DNA of 49,807 nucleotides from Gemmatimonas sp. (GTDB taxonomy: Bacteria > Gemmatimonadota > Gemmatimonadetes > Gemmatimonadales > Gemmatimonadaceae). The stretch covers positions 1 to 49,807 of the forward strand of contig JANNVQ010000009.1 of the NCBI GenBank assembly GCA_031414535.1, read 5' to 3'. The notes beneath the pieces were generated by a model, which had not been told where the DNA came from, did not search any database, and worked only from the letters and a program-made list of their open reading frames with translations. The first letter of the stretch is position 1. Each line of letters opens with the position of its first letter. Positions 20,116-30,615 of the stretch are shown one piece after another. The position numbers were made by a program, and so were the translations under genes.

Positions 20116-21501
20116 TCAGGGATTCCGATTGATGCAGCTTCCAGCGCCCGCGGCGGGATTGTTCGTCTCCACGAACGGTATCGGGAGGTTCACGTCCGAC
20201 CCGTAGTTGCCGCCCTTATGCCAAGCTCCGGTCGGGAAGACGGTCTCGGCGTTGCGACCGTACTGCCGAATGAGGCGGCGCATGTCGCCCGTACGGGTGC
20301 CGCGTCCGAAGAGCGCGAAAGCGCGCTCGCGGAAGAGCTGATTCACGCGCGCGGCTGGGGTGCCGGCATCGACGAGCGGGGCGAGCCCGGGAATCGTCGC
20401 GCGGTAGGCATTGATGGTCGCGAGGTAGCCAACGGGGTCACCCGCGGCAAGCTGCGCCTCGGCTTCGATCAGTCGAGCCTCGCCGCCGAAGAGGACCTGT
20501 ACCGACGTCTCGCGTGCGGGCCAGATGCGTTGCACCCAGAACGGGGTGCTCAGATCGTCCCGGTTGGCGCGCGTGGCCCCGATGGTCCGGCACACCGTGT
20601 CATTACCCTGACAGGTCGGCACGCGGGCGTCGCCCGCCGTGGCGAAGTTGAGACCGTTCGTGCCCTCCGATACGCTCACGCTGTAGCGTCCCGCGATGTT
20701 GTTCAGCGCCCAGAACTGGTTGCTGCTCGTCGCGAGCGCATGATACTGGAGGTACGTGAACGAGTTCGGGACCCCGTTGACGGCCGCGGAGGCACCCGCG
20801 GGGTTATTCTGATTGAGCAGGATGCGAGCGCGCACGATCCGCAGCGCATTCCGCACGCGGATGTCGGCCGTCGTCGAGCCCGTGATGAGCGCGAGTCCCG
20901 AGTCCGCATGTGCGAGTGCGCGCAAGTACACGTCGGCCGTCGGCGTCGGGGAGCCGTAGACCACCGCACCATCTCGGATTTCGCTGAAGGGGATGCCGCT
21001 GCAAAGATGGTCGGCCGCCATGTTCTCGAGGTACGCCTGCACCAGATACATCTCCGCGATCTGCCACCGCGGCGCGAGCGGCGCGTACTCGTTGAGGAGC
21101 TCAATCGCCTGGCTCGCGGCAATCCGGGCGCGATGCCACGCGCGGTCGGCCGCCGTCAGGAACGCATTCTCGCGCGTCGTGTTGCGCTGATCAATCTCCT
21201 GGCGTGCGATGAACGAGTCGCCGTTGATGTACTCGTCGGAGAAGAGGCCTCCGAGGAGCAGGAAACTCTCGTCGCCGCTTGTCGCGGCGTTGAAGCGGGC
21301 CAGCGCCCCCACCCGGACGGCGTCGGCACCGGCCGCCGAGGTGACATCACTCGGGTTGATGAGATCGGGGTCAATGACCTCGAGGGCGTCGGTGGGATTA
21401 CAGGCCGTGAGCAGGAGTGCCACGGCGGAAGGCGCAAGTGTCCGGACCGCGAGGCGCGGTAAGCGGGACCGGAGCGCGCGGATTATCGAAATGGGATGCA
21501 T
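20116..21501 (-). CDS. RagB/SusD-family outer-membrane lipoprotein
   Basis: Lipobox LTAC, EARLIEAEA, LFRERAFALFGRGTRTGDMRR, PIPFVE; directly downstream of SusC. Confidence 0.88.
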   Translation of the reverse strand: MHPISIIRALRSRLPRLAVRTLAPSAVALLLTACNPTDALEVIDPDLINPSDVTSAAGADAVRVGALARFNAATSGDESFLLLGGLFSDEYINGDSFIARQEIDQRNTTRENAFLTAADRAWHRARIAASQAIELLNEYAPLAPRWQIAEMYLVQAYLENMAADHLCSGIPFSEIRDGAVVYGSPTPTADVYLRALAHADSGLALITGSTTADIRVRNALRIVRARILLNQNNPAGASAAVNGVPNSFTYLQYHALATSSNQFWALNNIAGRYSVSVSEGTNGLNFATAGDARVPTCQGNDTVCRTIGATRANRDDLSTPFWVQRIWPARETSVQVLFGGEARLIEAEAQLAAGDPVGYLATINAYRATIPGLAPLVDAGTPAARVNQLFRERAFALFGRGTRTGDMRRLIRQYGRNAETVFPTGAWHKGGNYGSDVNLPIPFVETNNPAAGAGSCINRNP

Positions 21502-21516
21502 GTTGGGCGCTCTCCG

Positions 21517-24500
21517 TTAAAAGCCAAAGTTGATGCGGAACGACATGTACGTCGGCGGGCCGAACGGCTGGAAGGACGACGGGGCGTCGCCGGTGGTGCC
21601 GAATGCCTCCGGGTCCAACCCGCGGAACTTGGTCCACAGGATGCCGAGATTGCGTACCGACGCGGTCGCGGTGATCGACCGGCTGCGGAAGATATCGGCC
21701 CATTCCTTGGGGAACGTGCCGGTGAGGGCGAGTTCACGGAAGCGGATGAAATCGCCATCCTCAATGAAGCCCGCGACGGAGCGGCTGGGGTGCTCGCGGA
21801 CCATGACGGTGCGCGCCTGGTCGAAGAGTGGGGCGTCAACCGAGAAGAGCGCCTCACAGTTGTTGCGGGCCGCGCAGCGGATGCGATCGGTGTTGTTGTA
21901 CACCTTGAAGCCGCCCTTGTAGTCGAGTTGGGCGGTGAGGCGGAGCCGCTTGCCCCAGAACTCGACGCCCTGCGTCATGACGAACTCGCGACGCGGGAGC
22001 GGGTTGCCGAGATAGACGTTCGTGTCGGTGACCGAGATCTCGGTGAGCGAGGTGTCCGCGCTGTAGCGGATGATGCCGTCGCCGTTGCGGTCGGTGAAGC
22101 CCGTGAGCTCGCGCGACCACCACCCGTTGAGCGGGTAGCCTTCGCGATGCTGCAGTGTTGACGAGACGACGATGTTGGGGAGCCCGCTGAGCGTGACGAG
22201 CTTGTTCGCCGTGGTAGTGCCGTTGACGCTCATGTCCCAGCCGAAGCGGTTGGACTGGTACGCTTGAAAGATCACGAGCATCTCGAGGCCGGCGTTCTTG
22301 ACCTGACCGACATTCTCCAAGCGCGCCGTGGCACCCGTGCCGAGAGACGGTGGGAGGATGCGGCTCACGAGCGCGTCGTCAGAGAGCTTGCTGTAGTAGG
22401 TCAGCTCAGTGACGATGCGACTGCCCCAGAAGGTGCCGTCGAGTCCGAACTCGATCTCGGTGGAGCGCTCCGGCTTGAGGTTGCGATTGCCGAGCGTGGT
22501 GTAGACCACGGCGGGGACCTCGCCGCTCTCGCCGAGGTAACGCGTCGGCGAATAGAACTGGAGCGCATCGGTGTTGCCCGGCTGCACTCCCGACGCACCG
22601 TACGCCGACCGCAGGCGCAACTGGTCTATCCAGTCATACTGCGGGAAAAACTCCTCGTCCGAGATGACCCAGGACGCGGAGAGCTTCGGATAGAAGACGG
22701 TCTTGAAGTCCGCGCCGAACGCGCTGTTGCGGTCGGAGCGGATGGCGGCAGTGAGGAAGAGGCGGTCGCGGAACGCGAGGCCCTGCTCGATGTAGGCGCC
22801 GAGCGTGCGAGTTTCACTCGTGGACTCATCGGCGGAGCGAGTCGCTGCGGCCGTGATCTGCACCGCGCCTGGCGGAAGGACGTCACCGCGCGCGCCGTTG
22901 CGGTCGAAGCTGCTCCGAATGAACTGCACGCCCACCGAGGTCTTCGACTCCAGTGTCTCGTTGAGTGTACGCGTGGCCGTGGCGCCAGCGTCGAGCGAGT
23001 ATGTCAGGAAGGTCGTGCGGTTGTCGATCTTCAAGCCCTGACGGTCCAGCGGCGCCGCACACTGCGCGAAGCGGCAGAGCTGCTCGTCGGTGCGCAGGAT
23101 GAAGTCGACACCGGCGTTGAGGCGGGTGGCGATCCACGGGAGCGGGCGGTAGTTCGCCGACGCCGACGTCAGGAATCGGTCAATCAGCTGCGTGGTCTCG
23201 GTCTGGTAGATTGACCGCGGCGTGAACTCGCGCCAGCCGAAGAGCGTATCACCGGCGGCATTGGTGTTGTAGCGGAAGCCCGGGCCGCCGTAGATGTTGG
23301 CCGCGATGCCCGGCGTACCGCTGTCGTCGGAGCGCGGCAGGTTGATTGATTGGGCGATGTAGCCCGTGTTCACCGCCAGGTCGGCGCGCGGCGAGAGCTG
23401 GATGTTGAGATTGGCCCGCGTGGTCGTCTTGGTGACCCCACCAGGATTCGCCTGCCGCGCCGTGAGCGAGAGTCCGCGCGTCGCCATGTAGGACTGCTCG
23501 AATCCGGGGACCTTGGTGACGCCGTCCTCGCTCTCGAACTCGGTGTGCAGGAAGTAACGCACCGCCTCATTGCCGCCGCGCACCTGCAGACCATGCTGGT
23601 ACCGATAGCCGGTGCCGAAGGGAGTCGACTGCCCGTCCTTCGTGAGATTGTACGAGGTCACGCTGTCCTGCACGCACACGCCTCCGGCTACCTGTGAGAG
23701 CGTGCAGAAGGTGGCGAGGGCGTTGGTCGTGGTGGTGGTGGTGGCGACCGTCCCGCCGTTGCGCCAACCGGTGTACGCGGTCGGGTAGTCGTTGTTGTCC
23801 TGGACCGCCGTCTGCTCCGAGTAGTACGTCCACTGCGGCGGACCGGCGACTCCGCGCTTCGTCGTAATCACAATCACGCCGTTGGCGGCATCGGTGCCAT
23901 ACAGCGTCGCCGCCGACGGGCCGCGCACGATCTCGATGGTCTCAATCTCGTCGGGATTGAGGTCGCCGATGCGACTCGGCGTAGTGCCGCCGACGCTCAC
24001 CGAGGCGGAGCCGGTCGCGCCCTCCATGCGAATGCCGTCAATGATGTAGATCGGGTTGTTGGAGAGGGAGAGCGAACTCGTGCCGCGGATGCGGATGCGC
24101 GTGCCGGCGCCGGGCTGCGTTCCGCCGAAGACCGTCACGCCGGCCGCCCGTCCCGTGAGCAGGTCACCCATGCTCGCAATCGGGCGCGTCTCGGTGATGT
24201 TGGCCGCGTTCAACTGTGCAATCGAGTTGCCGACTTCGACGCGGCGCTGGTCACCGGTGGCCGTCGAGACGATGGGGCTCAGTGATGCCGCGACCGACGG
24301 GAGCTGGAAGTCCAGCGTCACCGTCTGTCCGGGGACGATCACCGCGGTTTGACGCCGCTCGGCGTAGCCAATGCGCAGCACACGCACCGTCACCGTACCC
24401 GCAGCGAGGCCGCGGATCGTGAACTGTCCGTCAGCGTTGGTCGCATTGCCCGCGGTCGTGCCGAAGACATTGACCTGAGCGGAGGCGAGCGGTTGCCCGG

Positions 24501-24627
24501 TCTCCGCATCCTTCACGGTGCCGGTGAGGACGCCCGTCCCTTGCGCGGCAAGCCGACCGGCGAGGATTGGGACCAACAGCAGTATCGCCAAGAAGCGACT
24601 GCGTGCGCGAGGGAGCAACGACATCAC
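21517..24627 (-). CDS. SusC/RagA-family TonB-dependent outer-membrane transporter
   Basis: CarboxypepD-like N-terminus; plug motifs NNPIYIIDG and DLNPDEIETIEIVRGPSAATLYGTDAANGVIVITTKRG; LKPERSTE; terminal F. Confidence 0.95.
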   Translation of the reverse strand: MMSLLPRARSRFLAILLLVPILAGRLAAQGTGVLTGTVKDAETGQPLASAQVNVFGTTAGNATNADGQFTIRGLAAGTVTVRVLRIGYAERRQTAVIVPGQTVTLDFQLPSVAASLSPIVSTATGDQRRVEVGNSIAQLNAANITETRPIASMGDLLTGRAAGVTVFGGTQPGAGTRIRIRGTSSLSLSNNPIYIIDGIRMEGATGSASVSVGGTTPSRIGDLNPDEIETIEIVRGPSAATLYGTDAANGVIVITTKRGVAGPPQWTYYSEQTAVQDNNDYPTAYTGWRNGGTVATTTTTTNALATFCTLSQVAGGVCVQDSVTSYNLTKDGQSTPFGTGYRYQHGLQVRGGNEAVRYFLHTEFESEDGVTKVPGFEQSYMATRGLSLTARQANPGGVTKTTTRANLNIQLSPRADLAVNTGYIAQSINLPRSDDSGTPGIAANIYGGPGFRYNTNAAGDTLFGWREFTPRSIYQTETTQLIDRFLTSASANYRPLPWIATRLNAGVDFILRTDEQLCRFAQCAAPLDRQGLKIDNRTTFLTYSLDAGATATRTLNETLESKTSVGVQFIRSSFDRNGARGDVLPPGAVQITAAATRSADESTSETRTLGAYIEQGLAFRDRLFLTAAIRSDRNSAFGADFKTVFYPKLSASWVISDEEFFPQYDWIDQLRLRSAYGASGVQPGNTDALQFYSPTRYLGESGEVPAVVYTTLGNRNLKPERSTEIEFGLDGTFWGSRIVTELTYYSKLSDDALVSRILPPSLGTGATARLENVGQVKNAGLEMLVIFQAYQSNRFGWDMSVNGTTTANKLVTLSGLPNIVVSSTLQHREGYPLNGWWSRELTGFTDRNGDGIIRYSADTSLTEISVTDTNVYLGNPLPRREFVMTQGVEFWGKRLRLTAQLDYKGGFKVYNNTDRIRCAARNNCEALFSVDAPLFDQARTVMVREHPSRSVAGFIEDGDFIRFRELALTGTFPKEWADIFRSRSITATASVRNLGILWTKFRGLDPEAFGTTGDAPSSFQPFGPPTYMSFRINFGF

Positions 24628-24796
24628 GGACCTCCGGTCAGTGGGGCGTGCAGGGTGAGCTGCGCGGTGGGCGCGCCGTCACGTCGCGACTTCCGAGACC
24701 AGCGCTCACGGCCCTATACTGCGTATCCGGTCTATCGCTGTCAACTTACGGCCGCGCGAACTGCGGCCCTTCCCGAACTCCGGTGATGGTCCCGAC

Positions 24797-26911
24797 ATGA
24801 TGCGCGCATTGCTCGCCCTCCTTTGCCTCGCTGCCACCGCGAGCGGACGCAGCGCTCAAGCGCAGCGCGCCGTCGCGCTCCCCGCGGCCGATCGCTTCGC
24901 GTCGCAGGTGGAGGTGGTCCGCACCGCGTACGGCATCCCACACATTCGGGCCGAGAACCTCGCGGCCGCCGCGTACGGAATGGCTTTCGTCCAACTCGAG
25001 GACTACGGCCCGTCCGTGGCCATGGGACTGCTCCGTGCGCGCGGCGGGATGGCGATGGTCTTCGGGCGCGACAGCATCACCGGGGATTTCACGGGCCGCC
25101 GCCGCTACGCGGAAGCCGTCGCGAAGTTCCACACGCTCGACCCCGATATCCGCGACGTGTACGAGGGGTTCGCGGCGGGCGTGAACCGCTACATGGAGCT
25201 GCACCCGGACGAGTTTCCTGCGCGCATGCGCCCGGACTTCACGGCGTTCGACGTGCTCGCGCGCGAGACGACCGCTGGTCCCGCCGCGATTCCCCAGCGC
25301 CTCTCGCAGGCCCTCGCGCGTGAGGGGGACGCTGACGCGGACGCCGGCTCCAACGCGTGGGCGTTCGCGCCGAGCCGCACGCGCTCCGGACGCGCCATCC
25401 TGCTGCGCAATCCGCATCTCGCGTGGACCGCCGGTTACTACGAAGCGCAACTCACCGTGCCCGGCGTGGTGGACTTCTACGGCGACTTCCGCATCGGCGG
25501 TCCGCTCGTGGGCATCGGGGGCTTCAACCGCAACCTCGGTTGGGCCACGACCAACAACGACCCGGTGCTGAGCGCGATCTACGCGCTCGAGGCCGCCCCT
25601 GGACTCACCGATCACTACCTCCTCGACGGCGTCGCACTCCCGCTCACGCGCGAACTGGTCACGGTGGAGTACGCCAACGGCGACGGCCTTGCGAGCGAGA
25701 CGCGCGAGTTCTGGACCACCCCGATGGGACCTGTGGTGCATCGCGGCAACGGCCGCATCCTCATCGTGAAGTCCGCCGGCTACGACGATGTGCGCGAATC
25801 GCTGCAGTACCTGCGCATGATGCAGGCGAGATCGCTCGACGAGTGGAAGACCGCCATGCGCATGCGCGCGCGTGTGACCTCGAGCTTCACCTACGCCGAT
25901 CGCACGGGCAACATCTTCTACGTGTGGAACGCCTCGCTCCCGGCCTTCCCGCACCGCGTACCCTCCGACACGAGTGTCTTCCCGGTGCGCACGACCGCCG
26001 ATATGTGGACGCGCTACGTGCCGTTCGACTCGCTGCCGCAGGTGCTCAATCCGCGCGGCGGTTACATCCAGAACGCGAACGACGCGCCGCAATTCACCAA
26101 CCTGCAGCAGATCCTCGACCTCTCGCGGCACCCCGACTATTTCCCGCCGCCCACGTTGCGCCTGCGTAGCCAGCTCTCGCTCACGCTCGCGGAGCGCGAC
26201 CCGCGGAAGAAGATGACGCTGGAGGACGTGATGACGCGCAAAATGGAGTACCGGATGCTCCTCGCCGACCGCGTGAAGGGCGATCTTATGAGAGCCGTGG
26301 AGGCGAGCGCCCCGACCGGGCGCGTGGCGGAGGGCCTCGCGCTCGTGAAGGCCTGGGACAACCAGACCGCCCCTGATCGCACCGGCGGCACACTCTTCGA
26401 ACTCTGGTGGCGTCACTACGCCGACTCCTCGGGGTTCCAGCCCTTCGCAACGCCGTGGTCGCCCTCGGCGCTGATGACGACGCCTGCCGGTCTCGCCGAC
26501 CCGTCGCGCGCGGTGCGCAGCTTCGTGTGGGCCGTTGGGGAGGCGGAACGTCGTTGGGGTCGCATTGACGTGACCTGGGGTGACGTGCATCGCTTCCGCA
26601 TCGGTACGGTGGACTTGCCGGGCGGAGGCTGCGGTGGCGACCTCGGCTGCTTCCGCGTGATCACCTGGCGCCCCGACCCGGATGGGAAGTGGTACGCCGT
26701 GGGTGGCGACGGGTGGGTGATCGGCGTGGAGTTCGGCGATACGCCCAAGTCGTACTCTGTACTCGCCTACGGGCAGAGCAACCGTCTCGACTCACCGCAT
26801 AGCAGCGACCAGTTGGAGCTCTTCGCGAACGGTCAGTATAAGCGCGTCGCATTCACGCCCGAGGAGGTAGACCGAGGCGTGCTACGGCGCTACCGACCAG
26901 GAGCACGCTGA
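24797..26911 (+). CDS. Penicillin acylase family Ntn-hydrolase (AHL/GL-7ACA acylase-like)
   Basis: YGIPHIRA; GSNAWA nucleophile Ser; LLRNPHL; GYIQNAND; YGQS. Confidence 0.92.
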   Translation: MMRALLALLCLAATASGRSAQAQRAVALPAADRFASQVEVVRTAYGIPHIRAENLAAAAYGMAFVQLEDYGPSVAMGLLRARGGMAMVFGRDSITGDFTGRRRYAEAVAKFHTLDPDIRDVYEGFAAGVNRYMELHPDEFPARMRPDFTAFDVLARETTAGPAAIPQRLSQALAREGDADADAGSNAWAFAPSRTRSGRAILLRNPHLAWTAGYYEAQLTVPGVVDFYGDFRIGGPLVGIGGFNRNLGWATTNNDPVLSAIYALEAAPGLTDHYLLDGVALPLTRELVTVEYANGDGLASETREFWTTPMGPVVHRGNGRILIVKSAGYDDVRESLQYLRMMQARSLDEWKTAMRMRARVTSSFTYADRTGNIFYVWNASLPAFPHRVPSDTSVFPVRTTADMWTRYVPFDSLPQVLNPRGGYIQNANDAPQFTNLQQILDLSRHPDYFPPPTLRLRSQLSLTLAERDPRKKMTLEDVMTRKMEYRMLLADRVKGDLMRAVEASAPTGRVAEGLALVKAWDNQTAPDRTGGTLFELWWRHYADSSGFQPFATPWSPSALMTTPAGLADPSRAVRSFVWAVGEAERRWGRIDVTWGDVHRFRIGTVDLPGGGCGGDLGCFRVITWRPDPDGKWYAVGGDGWVIGVEFGDTPKSYSVLAYGQSNRLDSPHSSDQLELFANGQYKRVAFTPEEVDRGVLRRYRPGAR

Positions 26912-27131
26912 TCGCGCGGGCGGGTTGAGCGTCATGGCGCGCGTGCGATGAAGGCCGTCCACGATCGGCGATCGGGCGGTATACGCGACCGACCCCGATT
27001 GAAATTCCTATCCTGACCGGCATGTTGTTCGGGAGATACGATAGCAACCTTGACTTCGACCGCCATTCGCGAAAGGCTTAGGTTGGTCCCACTCGTCAAG
27101 TCATCGCATGACTCTCCCTGTCGAGGCAACC

Positions 27132-28298
27132 ATGAAACGCGCCACTGATCTCGTTGTGCTTTTGTTGCCCGTTCTCATGATGGGAGGATGCTCGGAGCCC
27201 GAGCCGAGGGTCCGTGGCTCCATGAAGTTCGTCCTCGGCGGAACTTCCGGAGTAGCCGCCGCACTCCTCGGAACCCCCAGCGCCACGTCGCTTTCATCGC
27301 GTTCAGCTGGGAGCGCACAGCCCGCGTCGCTGGTTGCCGGTGACGAATACATCGTGAGTCCGAGGAAGGCAAAGCTGACCTTTGCCTCCGTTGCATTCCT
27401 CGACGGTGCCGGCGTCAGCCTCGGCAACTCGGACTTTTCGGCCTGCGTTGTCACGTACGATCGGGCGCTGACCTCCGGGTCGGTTCTACTCGACTGCCCG
27501 TTCACTGTGCCCGTCGGCGACATCGCGGAAATGCGCCTGAACTACAACACGACGCTCGACATCATCGTGAGCGACGCGACGCTCGGCATCTACAGCAATC
27601 CGGCGACGTCCACGGGGTTCTCCACCACGCCGCCGGCAGGTGGTGCGGCGTATGTGCCCTACACGGTGACCATCGGTACAGGTACCACGCGAGGGCTGCC
27701 CATCATCTTCGCCGAGCCGATCACAGTCCAGGAGGGATCGACGCCGACGCTGTACGCCACGCTCGACATGATTCACACTGTGCAACTGGCAGTGAGCTCC
27801 GACGGCACGACGCTGACTCCGAACGCGACCAATGAACCCGTGGTCGTCTTCGGCGGACTGACTCCCGGTAGCTCGTGGTACTACAGCGGCGCGTCCAACA
27901 CGGAGGGCTATAGGGTGCAAGGCGTCCCGTCGCTGCGTGTGTTTCGCGATCAGGCAGGCAAGCCGCTCTACACGATCATCGGGCCAAACTTCTGCGGCGC
28001 CGACGGCGGACCCAAAACGGCATGGGCCACCGCACCGACTCAAAACAGGACCGGCGGGTGGTTGGGACAGGACGCGAGTGGAGTACTCGCGTTCGCACTC
28101 GCCGCGAGTAACGCATGGACCATTTACACCGCGTACTACCGGATGACTAGTGTCAGTACTGTCGGCCAGACCACAACGCTGCTCTGTCAGGCGACAGCTA
28201 CGCCTCCGCCTCCAGCGGACGGAAGGACGTATGCATCCGGTGCGCCGGCGATGGTCAGTCCAACAACGAGCGTACAACTGCGATTGCTATCGAAGTAG
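27132..28298 (+). CDS. Hypothetical secreted lipoprotein
   Basis: Lipobox-like MGGC after a hydrophobic leader; Thr/Gly-rich, beta-strand-like body. Confidence 0.7.
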   Translation: MKRATDLVVLLLPVLMMGGCSEPEPRVRGSMKFVLGGTSGVAAALLGTPSATSLSSRSAGSAQPASLVAGDEYIVSPRKAKLTFASVAFLDGAGVSLGNSDFSACVVTYDRALTSGSVLLDCPFTVPVGDIAEMRLNYNTTLDIIVSDATLGIYSNPATSTGFSTTPPAGGAAYVPYTVTIGTGTTRGLPIIFAEPITVQEGSTPTLYATLDMIHTVQLAVSSDGTTLTPNATNEPVVVFGGLTPGSSWYYSGASNTEGYRVQGVPSLRVFRDQAGKPLYTIIGPNFCGADGGPKTAWATAPTQNRTGGWLGQDASGVLAFALAASNAWTIYTAYYRMTSVSTVGQTTTLLCQATATPPPPADGRTYASGAPAMVSPTTSVQLRLLSK

Positions 28299-28735
28299 CG
28301 CAGATTGCTGCTGGTATCCGCGACGAGGTACAAATGCGTCGGCATGCGGCGGCAGGCCGAGCCCGCCACCGCCAGTACGCCGCTCGTGATTGTCCCGGCG
28401 CCGATTGAAAATTTCTATCCCGCGCTTCACGACGTCACGTCGTGCCGTGGCCGCCCACCTACTATTCAACCCGACCGTCGGCACCAACTGCCGGTGTGCG
28501 GCCGCGGACCCCAGTGGCGGTAGCCGTCAGCTACCTGTTGGCACAATGGCCGCCGTCTCAACAGAAGTACGTCACTTCGGCGCTCGGCGTCGACACAAGC
28601 GCCAGCTCCACGTCGAGCGTGACGCGATCGGGCGCGGTCGGTTGACCGCAGGCAACGAGCGGGCCGATGACACCCAGAAGCCAAACGAGCCGATAACGCA
28701 TCCGTGGAGTCCTCAGCGAAGTCGATTCGGACGGA

Positions 28736-29958
28736 TGAATTCAAGCAATCAATGCAACAGCTTCGTCGAAGACGTCCGCCGGGGTGCGGAAGTCGAGCGT
28801 CTTGCGGGGCCGGCCGTTCAGCTGGTCGGCGACGGCGTCGAGTTGCCGCTGCGTAACGTTGGCGAGACTCGCGCCGGTGGGGAAGTACTGCCGTAAGAGG
28901 CCGTTCGTGTTCTCGTTCGTGCCGCGCTGCCACGGGCTGTACGGATCGCAGAAGTAGACCTGCACGCCGGTGGCGACGGCGAAGCGCTGGTGGTGCGCGA
29001 GTTCCTTGCCGCGATCCCATGTGAGCGAGCGCGTGACGTGCAGCGGCAGGCGCCGGATCTGCCGGATGAGCGCGGGCACGACGCAGCTCGGCTCCTTGCT
29101 CGCGACCTTCACCAGGATGGCGAAGCGGGACGTGCGCTCGACGAGCGTGGCGATGTGCGTGTTGTCGCCGCCGGCGAGGAGGTCGCCTTCCCAATGGCCC
29201 GGGACCGCCCGGTCCTCGACCTCCGCGGGGCGCGCGCTGATGGAGACGGCGTCCACGATCTGCCCGCGGCCCTGGCCCTTGCGCGTGGATGCGCGCGAGC
29301 GTCGCACCACGCGCCCCGTGCGCAGGTGCTTCAGCAGTTCCTTCTTGAGCACGCCGCGCGCCTGGACGTACAGCGAGCGGTAGATCGTCTCGTGCGACAC
29401 GTGGAGCTCCGGCTCGTGCGGGTAGGTGCTGCGTAGCCACCCGCTGATCTGCTCGGGTGACCAGTTCAGCTTCAGCTTCACTGCAATGAGATAGCGTAGT
29501 CGCGGCCGCGATGCGAGGCGGCACGCTTTCGGCCACCGCGCGGATTCCCACGCCACGCCGTCGGCGCGCACGGCGCGATACTTCGTCGGGCCGCCATGGC
29601 GTGCGACCTCCCGACTGATGGTCGACGCGGCACGGCCCAAGGCGCGGCCGATGGCCCGATAGGATTCGCCGGCGGCGAGCCCCCGCGAGATGCGCTCCCG
29701 CTCATCGAGGGAGAGCGCCAACACCGATCGCGCGCGCAGGTGTGGCGTGATGCCCCCTTGCTTGCGAATCACGCCGTGGACCGCGCCGGGATTCTTCGCG
29801 AGGTCTTCGGCGATCTCCCGAATCGAGTCGCCGGCGCGGTAGCGCGCCCACAATTCCGCGCGCTGCTGCCAGGTGTAGCCGTGTGGGCTGGGGATGAACA
29901 TCGCAACTACCTCCAAGGAGAGTGCTAATGAAGGTGTTGCATCGACCCTCTGAATCCA
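28736..29958 (-). mobile_element. IS30-family insertion sequence (1223 bp)
   Basis: Imperfect 28-bp terminal inverted repeats (tgaattcaagcaatcaatgcaacagctt vs revcomp tggattcagagggtcgatgcaacacctt, 20/28 matches) around an IS30 transposase. Confidence 0.88.
28741..29901 (-). CDS. IS30-family DDE transposase
   Basis: HTH (RAASTISREV), SPEQIS, SHETIY, GHWEGD, LTWDRGKE, PWQRGTNENTNGLLRQYFP. ATG 29901 preceded by GGAGG. Confidence 0.96.
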   Translation of the reverse strand: MFIPSPHGYTWQQRAELWARYRAGDSIREIAEDLAKNPGAVHGVIRKQGGITPHLRARSVLALSLDERERISRGLAAGESYRAIGRALGRAASTISREVARHGGPTKYRAVRADGVAWESARWPKACRLASRPRLRYLIAVKLKLNWSPEQISGWLRSTYPHEPELHVSHETIYRSLYVQARGVLKKELLKHLRTGRVVRRSRASTRKGQGRGQIVDAVSISARPAEVEDRAVPGHWEGDLLAGGDNTHIATLVERTSRFAILVKVASKEPSCVVPALIRQIRRLPLHVTRSLTWDRGKELAHHQRFAVATGVQVYFCDPYSPWQRGTNENTNGLLRQYFPTGASLANVTQRQLDAVADQLNGRPRKTLDFRTPADVFDEAVALIA

Positions 29959-29992
29959 GTCGCGCGTTCATCGGCAGCAAGCTGCGTTATAC
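29959..29992 (-). repeat. attC remnant truncated by IS30
   Basis: cgcgttcatcggcagcaagctgcgttatac is only the R''/L'' end of the repeat and abuts the IS end. Confidence 0.8.
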
Positions 29993-30002
29993 CGGCCCCG
30001 TC

Positions 30003-30305
30003 CTAGCGCGCCGACCGCCGACGCCAGTAGCCGGGACGCTGCCGGAAATGCGCGACGGCAAGCACGAAGATGCGTGAGTCCTCGACCACGTAGAGCACGA
30101 AGTAGGGAAACCGCTTCACGAAAACGCGTCGGAGCGAACTGCCCATCGGTGCGCCGGTCATCGGGGCGCGCACGGCGCGGGCGGTGGCCGCCTCGACGCG
30201 ATCAATGAATGCATCGCCAAGCGACGCACGAATCCCGGAGTATCGCATTGCCGCCTCCTCGAACTCCTCCTGCGCCTCGGGATGGAACTCGAGGGCGCGC
30301 GCCAC
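30003..30305 (-). CDS. RelE/ParE-family toxin (cassette 1)
   Basis: LEFHPEAQEEFEEA...RRVFVKRFPYFVLY...LAVAHFRQRPGYW. Confidence 0.9.
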   Translation of the reverse strand: MARALEFHPEAQEEFEEAAMRYSGIRASLGDAFIDRVEAATARAVRAPMTGAPMGSSLRRVFVKRFPYFVLYVVEDSRIFVLAVAHFRQRPGYWRRRSAR

Positions 30306-30550
30306 TACTTAGCGAGCTTGCGGCGGATGGAGGCGAAGACCTGCTCGGCCGGGATGCCAGCGACTGTTCCGTTCCGGAGCTCAGCGAGACGCCGTTCCGC
30401 CTCGGCAGCCCAGGCCGCTTCAATCTCGGCAACGGGTCCGCTCTCCACCTCTTGGTCGAGGCTCGCGAGCAGCACTTCCACCAAGCGCGCGCGGTCGGCA
30501 GGCGGCAGGGTCAGCAGCTGGGATTCAAGCGAGTCAGTCGAGCGCACCAT
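30305..30550 (-). CDS. Addiction-module antitoxin component (cassette 1)
   Basis: LLTLPPADRARLVEVLLASLD...AAWAAEAERR...IPAEQVF; coupled to the toxin. Confidence 0.88.
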   Translation of the reverse strand: MVRSTDSLESQLLTLPPADRARLVEVLLASLDQEVESGPVAEIEAAWAAEAERRLAELRNGTVAGIPAEQVFASIRRKLAK

Positions 30551-30615
30551 GGCAGTCGTCCGGTGTGGAGGCGTCGATTCAAGATAGCCCAAGAGCCGTC
30601 CGACCGCACGGCTCG

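Noticed and set aside
23725..23745. GTG/GGT triplet run in susC
   Set aside because: Encodes an in-frame poly-Thr stretch; no sign of phase variation.
20059..26590. Long antisense ORFs (e.g. 20059-21462 +, 24746-26590 -)
   Set aside because: Shadow ORFs of high-GC genes on the opposite strand, with no motifs.
28483..28701. Short attC-like palindrome (about 28483-28543) and a 47-aa lipoprotein-like ORF (28558-28701, minus strand)
   Set aside because: The L boxes pair poorly and the ORF is too short to support; it may be debris but I cannot call it.
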